This document shows, piece after piece, positions 18,228 through 27,270 of a stretch of DNA of 34,977 bases. The notes under the pieces were generated by a model. That model ran no database searches, was not told where the DNA came from, and worked only from the letters and a program-made list of their open reading frames with translations. A program made the position numbers and the translations under genes. Source of the DNA: an uncultured Bacteroidota bacterium (lineage in GTDB: Bacteria > Bacteroidota > Bacteroidia > Chitinophagales > Chitinophagaceae); the NCBI GenBank assembly GCA_903881265.1, contig CAIRSV010000270.1:1-34977 (forward strand). The letters are read 5' to 3'. How positions within the stretch are numbered: the stretch's first letter is position 1; the number at the start of each line of letters is the position of its first letter.

Positions 18228-19292
18228 TTAGTCTTTATTTACGTCACTAATGCTATGGATATCCATTAATAATTTAGGATTTCGACCACTCATAACTTTT
18301 GAAAATGTTTCCTGTGCCTTTACACTATGTTCTTTATGACCTTGTGAAATCACACTGTGTCGGTTCACTTGCATAGGTCCTTCAATCACCCAATCCTTGG
18401 TTTCTTTCTTATCGAAACGGCAGGTATTACAAATCCAGCCTGTCTTGCCGTCTTTGGTATTATTAGCCACTTCACCCCACTCATCTTTACGGGCTGTAAC
18501 ACGCAATACATCATCGCCGCGGTACCATAAGGTTACTTCGCCACAACATTTGTCACAATCGCGATGAGCGGTAACAGGTTTTGTAAACCAAACCCTATTT
18601 TTGAAACGGAAGGTCTTGTCAGTCAGCGCACCTACTGGACAGACATCAATCATATTACCACTGAAATCATTTTCGATGGCTTTCGAAATATAGGTTGAAA
18701 TTTCAGCATGATCACCGCGTTCAAGAATACCATGACTGCGGCAATTGGTCAATTGATCGGCTACATAGGTACATCGGTAGCAAAGTATGCAACGTGTCAT
18801 ATGTAACTGTATATAAGGACCGATATCTTCTTTTTCGAAGGTACGACGATCAAATTCATATCGTGTGCCTGCTTTGCCGTGTTCGTAACCAAGATCTTGT
18901 AAATGACATTCGCCAGCCTGATCACATACAGGACAATCGAGAGGATGATTAATGAGCAACATTTCTACCACACCTGCTCTTGCTTCTGTGACCTTTTCAC
19001 TCGTGATGTTTTTTACCACCATACCGTCCATGACACCAGTACGGCAGCTAGCTTGTAACTTAGGCATAGGGCGTGGATCTTTGGCAGAACCTGCAGCGAT
19101 TTCAACCAGACAAGTACGGCATTTACCACCGCTTCCTTCTAGCTTGCTATAATAACACATCGCAGGAGGTGTGACATCGCCACCTATCATACGGGCGGCC
19201 TGCAACACCGAAGTACCCGGTGCTACTTCAATCGTAATATTATCAACAGTAACTGTCAGGGTAGTTTTTGCAGGGGTTTGTACTTCGCTCAT
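18228..19292 (-). CDS. Short-form NuoG-like (2Fe-2S)/(4Fe-4S) iron-sulfur protein, stand-alone
   Basis: N-terminal 2Fe-2S ferredoxin-type Cys pattern (CYYSKLEGSGGKCRTC...ASC). NuoG-type HPLDCPVCDQAGECHLQD. 4Fe-4S motifs CILCYRCTY and DVCPVGALTDK. C-terminal Cys-rich remnant HRDCDKCCGEV...WICNTC. I start it at the ATG at 19292 (MSEVQTP); the track's 19382 start is a GTG. Confidence 0.85.
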   Translation of the reverse strand: MSEVQTPAKTTLTVTVDNITIEVAPGTSVLQAARMIGGDVTPPAMCYYSKLEGSGGKCRTCLVEIAAGSAKDPRPMPKLQASCRTGVMDGMVVKNITSEKVTEARAGVVEMLLINHPLDCPVCDQAGECHLQDLGYEHGKAGTRYEFDRRTFEKEDIGPYIQLHMTRCILCYRCTYVADQLTNCRSHGILERGDHAEISTYISKAIENDFSGNMIDVCPVGALTDKTFRFKNRVWFTKPVTAHRDCDKCCGEVTLWYRGDDVLRVTARKDEWGEVANNTKDGKTGWICNTCRFDKKETKDWVIEGPMQVNRHSVISQGHKEHSVKAQETFSKVMSGRNPKLLMDIHSISDVNKD

Positions 19293-19403
19293 GGCAACAA
19301 AAGTAGTATCAAATTTTGATACCAAAAAAGAAGTCCTTACATTTTGTTTAAACACAGAAATTGCCACACTCCGACCATCCACGAGTTGCCTGCGGCTTGC
19401 GCC

Positions 19404-20456
19404 TTATGCTCCGTACAACGATTTGTAATAATTGACATAATTACCGCTTGTGACTTGCTCGAGCCAGTCTTTGTTTTCGAGATACCAGTCGATGGTTTTG
19501 CTTAACCCTTCTTCGAAGGTCACAGAAGGAACCCATCCAAGTTCATCCTTGAGTTTGGTGGCATCAATAGCATAGCGTAAATCGTGACCAGCGCGGTCTT
19601 TCACAAAGGAAATTAATTGTTCAGAAATGCCCGCCGCGTTACCCAGTTTTTCATCCATGAGTTTACAAAGTAGCTTAATGAGGTCGATATTCGTCCATTC
19701 ATTATGTCCGCCTACGTTATACGTGTCACCGATTTTACCTTTATGCAAAATCACATCGATGGCACTTGCATGATCGATGACATAAAGCCAATCGCGCACG
19801 TTTTCACCTTTACCATAAATAGGTAAAGCTTTCTTATTGAGAATATTATTGATAGAAAGTGGAATCAGTTTTTCTGGAAAATGATTAGGTCCATAATTAT
19901 TCGAACAATTACTGATGACCACCGGCATATGATAGGTATGATAAAACGCCATCACCAGATGATCGCTTCCGGCTTTACTCGCCGAATACGGACTGCGTGG
20001 ATCATAGGACGTATCTTCATAGAAGAAACCAGTTTCACCTAAACTGCCATAGACCTCATCGGTAGACACATGATAAAACAATTTACCGTCATAGTTTCCG
20101 TTCCAATATTTCTTCGCTTCATTCAGTAAGGTGGCAGTTCCTAACACATTGGTACGCACAAAGGCCAACGGATCTGTAATGGATCTGTCGACATGCGATT
20201 CGGCTGCCAGATGAATAATCGTATCGATCTGAAAATCATGCAAGACTTTTTCAACGGCTGCGGCATCGCAGATATCGCCTTTGACGAAGGTATAGTTGCT
20301 ACTTTTTTCAATATCCTTGATATTTTCGAGATTACCTGCATACGTCAGGGTGTCAAAATTGACAATCTGATAATCGGGATAGTTGGTTACGAAACGTCGA
20401 ACAACATGTGAACCGATAAAACCTGCGCCGCCTGTGATTAAGATATGTTTATTCAT
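19404..20456 (-). CDS. rfbB: dTDP-glucose 4,6-dehydratase
   Basis: SDR Rossmann motif GGAGFIGSH, catalytic YSASKAGSD (YxxxK), and a length and overall sequence typical of RmlB. Confidence 0.93.
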   Translation of the reverse strand: MNKHILITGGAGFIGSHVVRRFVTNYPDYQIVNFDTLTYAGNLENIKDIEKSSNYTFVKGDICDAAAVEKVLHDFQIDTIIHLAAESHVDRSITDPLAFVRTNVLGTATLLNEAKKYWNGNYDGKLFYHVSTDEVYGSLGETGFFYEDTSYDPRSPYSASKAGSDHLVMAFYHTYHMPVVISNCSNNYGPNHFPEKLIPLSINNILNKKALPIYGKGENVRDWLYVIDHASAIDVILHKGKIGDTYNVGGHNEWTNIDLIKLLCKLMDEKLGNAAGISEQLISFVKDRAGHDLRYAIDATKLKDELGWVPSVTFEEGLSKTIDWYLENKDWLEQVTSGNYVNYYKSLYGA

Positions 20457-20512
20457 AGATTGCGAAAGTAAGGATTACCCGTTAAAATTGCAATGAGTAA
20501 TGAAATGATAAT

Positions 20513-21760
20513 TTAGTCACGATGAAATTTAACAAGAAGAAAGGTCACTGTGCTGATATATGAAATTGAAGACGCAATAGCCGCTCCGAGTATGCCGTAA
20601 CTTGGAATAAGTAACAAGTCGGCAGCCATACAAACGATAAAACCTAGTATAGCAGAATACAGATTAATTCGCACGCGGCCTGTACCCGCAAAGTATCCAC
20701 TGACGGCCATCGACAGACAAAAAGGAACAACGCCAATGAATAGCAAACCGATACACTGAACCGATTCTCTAAATTCTTCTCCAAATAATATTGGCACCAG
20801 ATAGATGGAAAGAAGATAACCGGTAATGCCTGCTGAGATGGCGTACACGGCTATTTGCCGGGTGGTGTTGATCGTGCGTTGAATCATTAGTTGTCGGTCA
20901 GTGTGCGTTGATATGAAGGCGTATAAGACCGATTGAATGGCTGAAGGCAAGAGCCACAGCATTTGCGCCAGCGACACACCGAGGGCATAGATGCCGGTGA
21001 GTTGTTTGCCATGAAAATAATTGACAAACCAAATATCCATCTTATAGGAAAGAAACTGAATGAGGTTGGTCATAAAAGCCAGAAAGGCAAACTGAATCAA
21101 TGGGCGGATGGCACCGATTTGAATTTGTTCAAGATGAAGATAATCGGGATTGGTTGTATACACCTGACGCAAGAAGAAAATGAGCTGTATCAACTGACTG
21201 CTGATTAGCGCGAGCAAAATCCAGTTGAAAGGTGGAATATGAATGCCTGTGATAGCGAAATAACGCAGGGCATAGAGTAAAAGCAAGGTGATGCTGCCGG
21301 AAATGAGGATGTAGCTTGCTTTGCCAAAAAGAGCTTCGGCTTGCAAGATACTGCTGAGGAAGATATTGAGTAAGACCAATAACAAATGCAGGAGCATGAG
21401 CCAAAACCAAACCGAGTTATGATGAAAAAGGGTTGGTATGAAGGTCGACAAAAGAGTGGCGCTTTGGAGTATACTAAGTATAAGCAACAGTAATGCAAAC
21501 CCTATCAGTAAGACCGTCAGCAGGATGGAGAGGACTTGTTTCTTTTCGATTTTACGGGCGGCGATAAAATGAACGATACCTGCAGGTAATCCAGCGCCTA
21601 ACAGCAAGGATGATAGTAAAATAAAATTGGTGTATAATGCTAGTTCACCCTGACCGAAGGCGCCCAACATACGAGCCCCCATGATGGCGCAAAGAAAAGA
21701 ACAAAGCACCGAGATGATTTGTGCTGCGTAGGTAGTGATGATATTTTTTCGGAACGACAA
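20513..21760 (-). CDS. Wzx-like oligosaccharide/polysaccharide flippase (MOP superfamily)
   Basis: About 12 hydrophobic segments and an N-terminal ...ARMLGAFGQGELAL motif typical of polysaccharide flippases. The start codon at 21760 is TTG. The first in-frame ATG would delete TM1. Confidence 0.75.
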   Translation of the reverse strand: MSFRKNIITTYAAQIISVLCSFLCAIMGARMLGAFGQGELALYTNFILLSSLLLGAGLPAGIVHFIAARKIEKKQVLSILLTVLLIGFALLLLILSILQSATLLSTFIPTLFHHNSVWFWLMLLHLLLVLLNIFLSSILQAEALFGKASYILISGSITLLLLYALRYFAITGIHIPPFNWILLALISSQLIQLIFFLRQVYTTNPDYLHLEQIQIGAIRPLIQFAFLAFMTNLIQFLSYKMDIWFVNYFHGKQLTGIYALGVSLAQMLWLLPSAIQSVLYAFISTHTDRQLMIQRTINTTRQIAVYAISAGITGYLLSIYLVPILFGEEFRESVQCIGLLFIGVVPFCLSMAVSGYFAGTGRVRINLYSAILGFIVCMAADLLLIPSYGILGAAIASSISYISTVTFLLVKFHRD

Positions 21761-21959
21761 GGATGTAAAAATAGGAAAGAAAATTGGCTGATGTCTGATT
21801 TTGAGGAAATGTTTGGTACTGTTAGGATTGAGCGAATGTTATTTCAGTAGTTAAATGCGTATAAAATTGATTGAACGATATAATGCTGAAGAATGAATCC
21901 ATTGCTGCACGGTGCCATCGCCACCATTGTTTTATAAAGTACTTGACGCTGACAACCAT

Positions 21960-21993
21960 AAAAAAAACCACCTCAGTAACGAGATGGTTTTTT
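21960..21993 (-). terminator. Rho-independent terminator downstream of the M13 peptidase gene (A-tract/stem/T-tract, so potentially bidirectional)
   Basis: AAAAAAAACCACCTC-AGTAAC-GAGATGGTTTTTT. On the minus strand the stem is followed by a T8 run. It begins 20 nt after the peptidase stop. Confidence 0.8.
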
Positions 21994-22012
21994 GCATTAG
22001 TTGAAGTTTGTA

Positions 22013-24082
22013 TTACCACACTTTGGCACGCTGTGCTTCAGGCTTGTACATCTTGTTTCCTTCTTTTACATTGAACGCTGTGTAGAACGGCGTGAAATTG
22101 CTCAACGGTCCGTTGCAACGATGAATGCCCGGAGAGTGAGGGTCGGTGACCAAACGGGTAGCTGCTTCTTCGTCGCGGATATTAGCGCGCCAAACTTGCG
22201 CCCAGCTCATAAAGAAACGTTGGTCAGGTGTCAGGTTATCGATCTTGTCGTTCGACTGACCTTGTTTTGTTTTTTTGAACGCATCATAGGCAATAGTTAC
22301 ACCACCAAGATCGGCGAGATTTTCACCGAGGGTCAAGGCGCCGTTCACATGTTTGTTGTCGAGAATTGTGTAGCCATCATATTGATCTTTCACCATGTTG
22401 GTTTTCGCATCAAAACGATTTTTATCTTCTTTGCTCCACCAATTTTTTAGATTGCCATCAGCCGCATATTGACAACCCTGATCATCAAAACCGTGCGTCA
22501 TTTCGTGACCGATGACACCACCGATAGCGCCATAAATAACGGCATCATCAGAATTTTTTTCAAAGAAAGGATATTGTAAGATACCTGCAGGGAATACGAT
22601 TTCGTTGAAGGCTGGATTATAATAGGCATTCACGGTTGGCGGTGTCATGCCCCATTCTGTTTTGTCGACAGGTTTACCCAATTTGCTAATCATAAATTTG
22701 TATTCGAATACGCTAGAAGCCATGATGTTTTTGGCATATGAATCGCGTGTGATTTCTAAGCCTGCATAATCTTTCCATTTGTCAGGATAGCCAATTTTCT
22801 TAATGAAGGCATGGAGTTTATCTTTCGCTTTTGATTTCGTGCTGTCGCTCATCCAGTCAAGATTATTGATGCGGTTTTCATACGCAGCTTCCAGATTATT
22901 CACTAATTCGAGCATACGTTTCTTCGCATCGGCTGTAAAGTATTTATCGGTATACATCTTGCCTAACTGATCGCCAACTGAACCATCAACTACTTGCAAT
23001 ACACGTTTCCAACGAGGTTTTTGCTCTTGTTGTCCGCGCATCACTTTGCCATAAAAATTGAAATGTTCTTGATCGAAGTTATGACTCATATAGCCAGCCA
23101 TAGAGCTAACTAAATGCCATTTCAAATACGTTTTCCAATCGTCGATTGGTGTTGATTTCAACATACCAGAAAGGGCCACAAAAAAATCAGGTGTGGCAAC
23201 CAAGATCGTATCCTGATTCGAGATCATCATGTGGGTCAACATATTTTTCCAATCGATGCCAGGTGTCTTCGCATTCAGTGCAGCGACTGAAAATTTATTA
23301 TATGTTTTATACGGATCGCGCATAGTTACACGGTCCATACTAGCTTTTGCCATCGCAGTTTCCATCGCCATAATGGTGGCAGCATGCTTGTTGGCATCTG
23401 CTGTTGCTTCACCACTCAATGTTAGCATCGTTGCAATATGTGGCACATATTTTTCGCGGATACCAGCTTCACGTGGATCAGGTTTTAGGTAATAATCTCT
23501 GTCAGGTAAACCAAGTCCACCTTGAAAAAGGCTGCAAACATTTTTTGTTACTTCTTTATCATCTGGTCCGACGCCAAAGCTGAACAAAGGATTCATATCC
23601 ATTGTTGCTTCGCGGGCAATTTCATCAAGCAACGATTTTGTATCTGTGATCGCATTGATCTTATTCAATTCAGATTGAATAGCGCGGATACCGGCTTTTT
23701 CGATGGCAACGGTATCCATACCTGAGGCAAAGCAATCGCCGACCATCTGTTCGGGACTTCCTTTGGCTGCGCCTTTTTTGGCTGCGGCTTCTTCCAGCAA
23801 ACCTTTCAACGCCTTCTTATTAAAATCTTCCAATAAGTTAAAGCTACCCCATCGAGTTTCTGAAGCTGGTATTGGTGTTGTCTTTAACCATGCTCCATTG
23901 GCATAGGAATAAAAATCGTCGGCGGGATTAATCGTCGTGTCGATATTAGCGGGGTCAAGAAATTTCTTGCCTGCGGGCAATGAACTGGTTTCGCCTGATT
24001 GGCTACCATCCATTTTTTCTTGACACGAAGTCAGGGAAATCGTGGCTATTGAAGCCAGATAAAATACATGTCGTAGTTTCAT
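22013..24082 (-). CDS. pepO: M13-family zinc metallopeptidase (PepO/neprilysin-like lipoprotein)
   Basis: HEMTHGFD zinc motif, downstream GENLADLGG (ExxxD), C-terminal ...RAKVW, and a lipoprotein signal peptide ending LTSC. Confidence 0.92.
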   Translation of the reverse strand: MKLRHVFYLASIATISLTSCQEKMDGSQSGETSSLPAGKKFLDPANIDTTINPADDFYSYANGAWLKTTPIPASETRWGSFNLLEDFNKKALKGLLEEAAAKKGAAKGSPEQMVGDCFASGMDTVAIEKAGIRAIQSELNKINAITDTKSLLDEIAREATMDMNPLFSFGVGPDDKEVTKNVCSLFQGGLGLPDRDYYLKPDPREAGIREKYVPHIATMLTLSGEATADANKHAATIMAMETAMAKASMDRVTMRDPYKTYNKFSVAALNAKTPGIDWKNMLTHMMISNQDTILVATPDFFVALSGMLKSTPIDDWKTYLKWHLVSSMAGYMSHNFDQEHFNFYGKVMRGQQEQKPRWKRVLQVVDGSVGDQLGKMYTDKYFTADAKKRMLELVNNLEAAYENRINNLDWMSDSTKSKAKDKLHAFIKKIGYPDKWKDYAGLEITRDSYAKNIMASSVFEYKFMISKLGKPVDKTEWGMTPPTVNAYYNPAFNEIVFPAGILQYPFFEKNSDDAVIYGAIGGVIGHEMTHGFDDQGCQYAADGNLKNWWSKEDKNRFDAKTNMVKDQYDGYTILDNKHVNGALTLGENLADLGGVTIAYDAFKKTKQGQSNDKIDNLTPDQRFFMSWAQVWRANIRDEEAATRLVTDPHSPGIHRCNGPLSNFTPFYTAFNVKEGNKMYKPEAQRAKVW

Positions 24083-24100
24083 TTAATTTAAAAATTTTGC

Positions 24101-24108
24101 CAAATGTA
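24101..24108 (-). promoter_or_regulatory. Bacteroidota -7 promoter box TACATTTG for the peptidase gene
   Basis: Exact TAnnTTTG match on the minus strand, ending 18 nt upstream of the ATG at 24082. Confidence 0.4.
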
Positions 24109-24384
24109 AGAAAAGGACATATTGCTTTTTGTTAATTATTTGATGAACGGCAAGGTCGGGACGCTTCACGAGTTGAATGAGTTGAGCAGAACAACGAACA
24201 CGCAGTAAGCGCAACAATCGCAATGATGCAGTTAGTTGAACATGACTAAGCCTTTAGTAGACAATATTTGTGTACGCTCAAACCCTCTTTATTCTTGGTT
24301 TCTGTCGGGTGCTGGGTGTTAAAAATCATATAATTTAAAGATTGAGGTACGGAAAGCGTTTTTTTTTTCTACTTTTGGAGGCTG

Positions 24385-25263
24385 ATGAATAACGACCAAT
24401 TTATATCCACAAAAGTAAAGAAGGGAAAAGCGACCTATGCCTATTCAATTATTGGTGTGGCCCTGGTACTTTTTCTATTGGGCTCATTGGGTTGGTTGGT
24501 TATCAATGCTGGGCAATTGTCAAAGGCCTTTAAGGAAAATATTGAGATATCTGTGATACTGAACGATAATACCAAGGATGCGTTGGGCGTAAAGCTTAAG
24601 AACATCATTGATCAGCAGCCATTTGCCAAGTCATCGCAGTATGTCACTAAGGATAAGGCGGCAGAGCAATTTAAGAAGGATTTCGGTGAGGATTTTTTAC
24701 AGGTATTGGATTATAATCCGTTGTATACATCTGTAAATTTTCATTTGCATTCGGGGTATATGAATACTGACAGTCTGATTAAAATTGAGAAGTTTATCAA
24801 GCAAAGCAATATTGTTCGCGAGGTATTTTATCAGAAAAATTTGGTCGACATAATGAACAAGAATGTGCGTCGTATTGGGATTCTAATTTTTGTCATTTCC
24901 TTATTTCTGATATTTTCTGTGATTATATTAATCGATAATACAATTCGTTTGGCCATGTATAGCAATCGCTTTTTAATTAAGACGATGCAAATGGTTGGAG
25001 CCACTCGGTGGTTTATTGCCAAACCGTTTAATATTCGTGGTGTATGGAATGGTGTTATCAGTGCCTTGCTAGCGATTTCTGGTATTCTTTGTCTCAAATT
25101 TTTTGCCGAAAAATGGCTTCCAGAAATCAGCACATTGGCTAGCACACAATGGATGTTGATTCTTTGCTTTTCAATCTTGGCACTTGGTATTGTTATTTCG
25201 TTGCTGAGTACACATCGATCGGTAATCAAATATTTACGAACTCAATTGGATGATCTTTATTAA
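24385..25263 (+). CDS. ftsX: Cell division permease-like protein FtsX
   Basis: 292 aa with one N-terminal TM, a periplasmic domain and a 3-TM FtsX-type C-terminal module. Conserved Bacteroidota synteny ftsX-DUF3098-uppP. Confidence 0.85.
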   Translation: MNNDQFISTKVKKGKATYAYSIIGVALVLFLLGSLGWLVINAGQLSKAFKENIEISVILNDNTKDALGVKLKNIIDQQPFAKSSQYVTKDKAAEQFKKDFGEDFLQVLDYNPLYTSVNFHLHSGYMNTDSLIKIEKFIKQSNIVREVFYQKNLVDIMNKNVRRIGILIFVISLFLIFSVIILIDNTIRLAMYSNRFLIKTMQMVGATRWFIAKPFNIRGVWNGVISALLAISGILCLKFFAEKWLPEISTLASTQWMLILCFSILALGIVISLLSTHRSVIKYLRTQLDDLY

Positions 25264-25277
25264 AAAACGAATATAGT

Positions 25278-25616
25278 ATGTCAACACAAAAATTTTCAGA
25301 CCCAAAAGTGGCTGCAAGCAATCCGGTCAAAACCGCAGAGCAAGTGAAAGTAACCACGAATACATCAAAAAATAAAAGTTTTCAGGGACTGCCATTTCTG
25401 TTTGATAAACAGAATTATATATGGATGGCCATTGGATTAGCAGTAATCATTGTTGGCTATGCGATGATGTCAGGCGGACGCAGTGCTGATCCAAATGCGT
25501 TTGATGGCGATGGACTGTATAGTTTCAGACGTATCACGTTGGCTCCAATACTCATTATTGTAGGCTTGGTGATTGAAGCATACGCCATCATGAAGAAGCC
25601 TTCAGTGAACGGTTAA
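25278..25616 (+). CDS. DUF3098-type small membrane protein
   Basis: 112 aa with two TM helices (YIWMAIGLAVIIVGYAMM and ITLAPILIIVGLVIEAYAI). Sits in the characteristic position after ftsX in Bacteroidota. Confidence 0.7.
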   Translation: MSTQKFSDPKVAASNPVKTAEQVKVTTNTSKNKSFQGLPFLFDKQNYIWMAIGLAVIIVGYAMMSGGRSADPNAFDGDGLYSFRRITLAPILIIVGLVIEAYAIMKKPSVNG

Positions 25617-25638
25617 TCATTGATTTTAAAACAAGCCT

Positions 25639-26433
25639 ATGACTACTATTCAAGCTATCATTATAGCCATTGTTGAAGGTATTACCGAATTTTTGCCCAT
25701 TTCATCAACAGGTCATATGGTCATTACGAGCGCTGTTATGCATATTGGTGATGATGCGTTTACAAAATATTTTGAAGTGTGTATTCAGTTGGGGGCCATC
25801 CTTTCTGTGCTCGTGTTATATTTCAAAAAATTCATTGATTTCAAGCATCCATCATTTTATATTAAACTCATCATCGCTGTTATTCCTTCACTGATAATGG
25901 GTAAATTATTGAACGATGTTATTGATGATAATTTAGGCAAGCCAATGTTCATTGCGATTGTGATGATAAGTGGTGGCGTGTTGCTTTTGTTTGTCGATCA
26001 TTGGTTCAAACAACCGCAGATCCAAACCACGGACGAGATCGATTATAAACGTTCATTCAACATTGGATTGTTTCAATGCTTGGCAATTATATTCCCTGGC
26101 TTAAGTCGAAGTGCAGCAACTATACTTGGTGGGATGAGTCAAAAGATTTCACGACAGGCCGCCGCAGAATTTTCGTTTTTTCTGGCTGTGCCAACCATGT
26201 TTGCAGCGACAGGGTACAAATCCCTTCAATACATCAAAGAACACGGAATGTTCACGTCTGATCAGTTAGGTATGATTGGTATCGGTAACTTGGTTGCCTT
26301 TGTCGTTGCGTTGCTTGCGATCAAGTTTTTTATCAACTATGTGAAGGAAAAAGGGTTTCGATTATTTGGCATGTATAGAATTATCTTAGGTATCGTTGTC
26401 TTGATTCTTCTTCAGTTGGGTTTAATTGGGTAA
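25639..26433 (+). CDS. uppP: Undecaprenyl-diphosphate phosphatase (BacA/UppP)
   Basis: N-terminal GITEFLPISSTGHM motif, PGLSRSAATI motif, and about 8 TM segments. Confidence 0.93.
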   Translation: MTTIQAIIIAIVEGITEFLPISSTGHMVITSAVMHIGDDAFTKYFEVCIQLGAILSVLVLYFKKFIDFKHPSFYIKLIIAVIPSLIMGKLLNDVIDDNLGKPMFIAIVMISGGVLLLFVDHWFKQPQIQTTDEIDYKRSFNIGLFQCLAIIFPGLSRSAATILGGMSQKISRQAAAEFSFFLAVPTMFAATGYKSLQYIKEHGMFTSDQLGMIGIGNLVAFVVALLAIKFFINYVKEKGFRLFGMYRIILGIVVLILLQLGLIG

Positions 26434-26487
26434 CTCGCTCTTAGCGATACGTCATTATACAGTAATCTCAGGTTCTATGAACATCCT

Positions 26488-26517
26488 GTGTGTTCGCTTC
26501 AAGCATACACACTTTTT
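26488..26517 (+). terminator. Possible intrinsic terminator after uppP
   Basis: GTGTGT-(13 nt containing GCTTCAAGC)-ACACAC followed by TTTTT. Confidence 0.45.
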
Positions 26518-26546
26518 CCTATCTTCGCATCCTCAACAATAAATAA

Positions 26547-27221
26547 ATGACAAGTAAATTCATTGCGATTGAAGGTTTAGATGGTGCAGGAAAATCAACG
26601 CAAATAAAATTGCTGATCGACTATTTTGCCAAGTCAGGCATCAAGACAAAATTTGTTCATTTTCCTCGCAGCGGCGAAGGTGTTTTTGGTGATCTTATTT
26701 CTAAATTTCTTCGTGGTGAATTTGGTGATGTCAAGAGTGTTCATCCACAATTAGTGGCCTTGCTTTTTGCCGAAGATCGGAAAGATTTTGCTAGCACAAT
26801 TGATCAATGGCTCGCTGATGGTTATCGGGTGCTTGTTGATCGGTATGTACTTTCTAATATCGCTTTTCAATGTGCTAAAACCGATGGTAGTGCTGACAAA
26901 GATGCGTTGAGAGAATGGATTTATATGTTCGAATATGAGTATAATAAAATTCCAAAACCTGATTTGTCGGTCTATCTCGATGTGCCTTTTTCATTCACAC
27001 ATAAATCGTTGAATGAAAAACGTGATGGCGACGAAAGGGCTTATTTAAATGGCAAAGATGATATACATGAAAAAGATATTGCCTTGCAGATGGCTGTGAA
27101 GGCCGAATATGAAAAGCTTGTACAAATAGAAAAAAATATCACGCCCATCACTTGCTATCATTCAGAACATCAAATGAAATCGATTGAGGAGATTCATGCT
27201 GAAATTATTTCGTGTATTTAA
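26547..27221 (+). CDS. tmk: Thymidylate (dTMP) kinase family protein
   Basis: P-loop IAIEGLDGAGKSTQ, DRY motif (VLVDRYVLSNIAFQ), and a lid-like region. Confidence 0.8.
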   Translation: MTSKFIAIEGLDGAGKSTQIKLLIDYFAKSGIKTKFVHFPRSGEGVFGDLISKFLRGEFGDVKSVHPQLVALLFAEDRKDFASTIDQWLADGYRVLVDRYVLSNIAFQCAKTDGSADKDALREWIYMFEYEYNKIPKPDLSVYLDVPFSFTHKSLNEKRDGDERAYLNGKDDIHEKDIALQMAVKAEYEKLVQIEKNITPITCYHSEHQMKSIEEIHAEIISCI

Positions 27222-27270
27222 ATAGTCTGCGACGATTTTTAATTTTTAATAGTTAATTGAGTAAAAACCT

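Noticed and set aside
19306-19322. Possible FNR/CRP-type box, because the palindrome contains ATCAA and TTGAT.
   Set aside because: The FNR consensus is TTGAT-N4-ATCAA. Here the half-sites are in the opposite arrangement (ATCAA-N3-TTGAT), so it is not an FNR box. I kept it only as an unassigned palindrome.
19293-19382. 30-codon N-terminal extension of the NuoG-like ORF to 19382.
   Set aside because: It starts with GTG and its sequence is not conserved-looking (MDGRSVAISVFKQNVRTSFLVSKFDTTFVA). It would also cover the palindrome and the promoter-like box. The ATG at 19292 (MSEVQTP...TVTVDNITIEV) matches the usual start of NuoG-type 2Fe-2S domains.
21822-22074. Two overlapping 65-67-aa ORFs (21822..22019 on the minus strand and 21871..22074 on the plus strand) in the flippase/peptidase spacer.
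   Set aside because: They overlap each other, the rho-independent terminator at 21960..21993 and the 3' end of the peptidase gene. Their sequences are not protein-like. I treat the region as non-coding.
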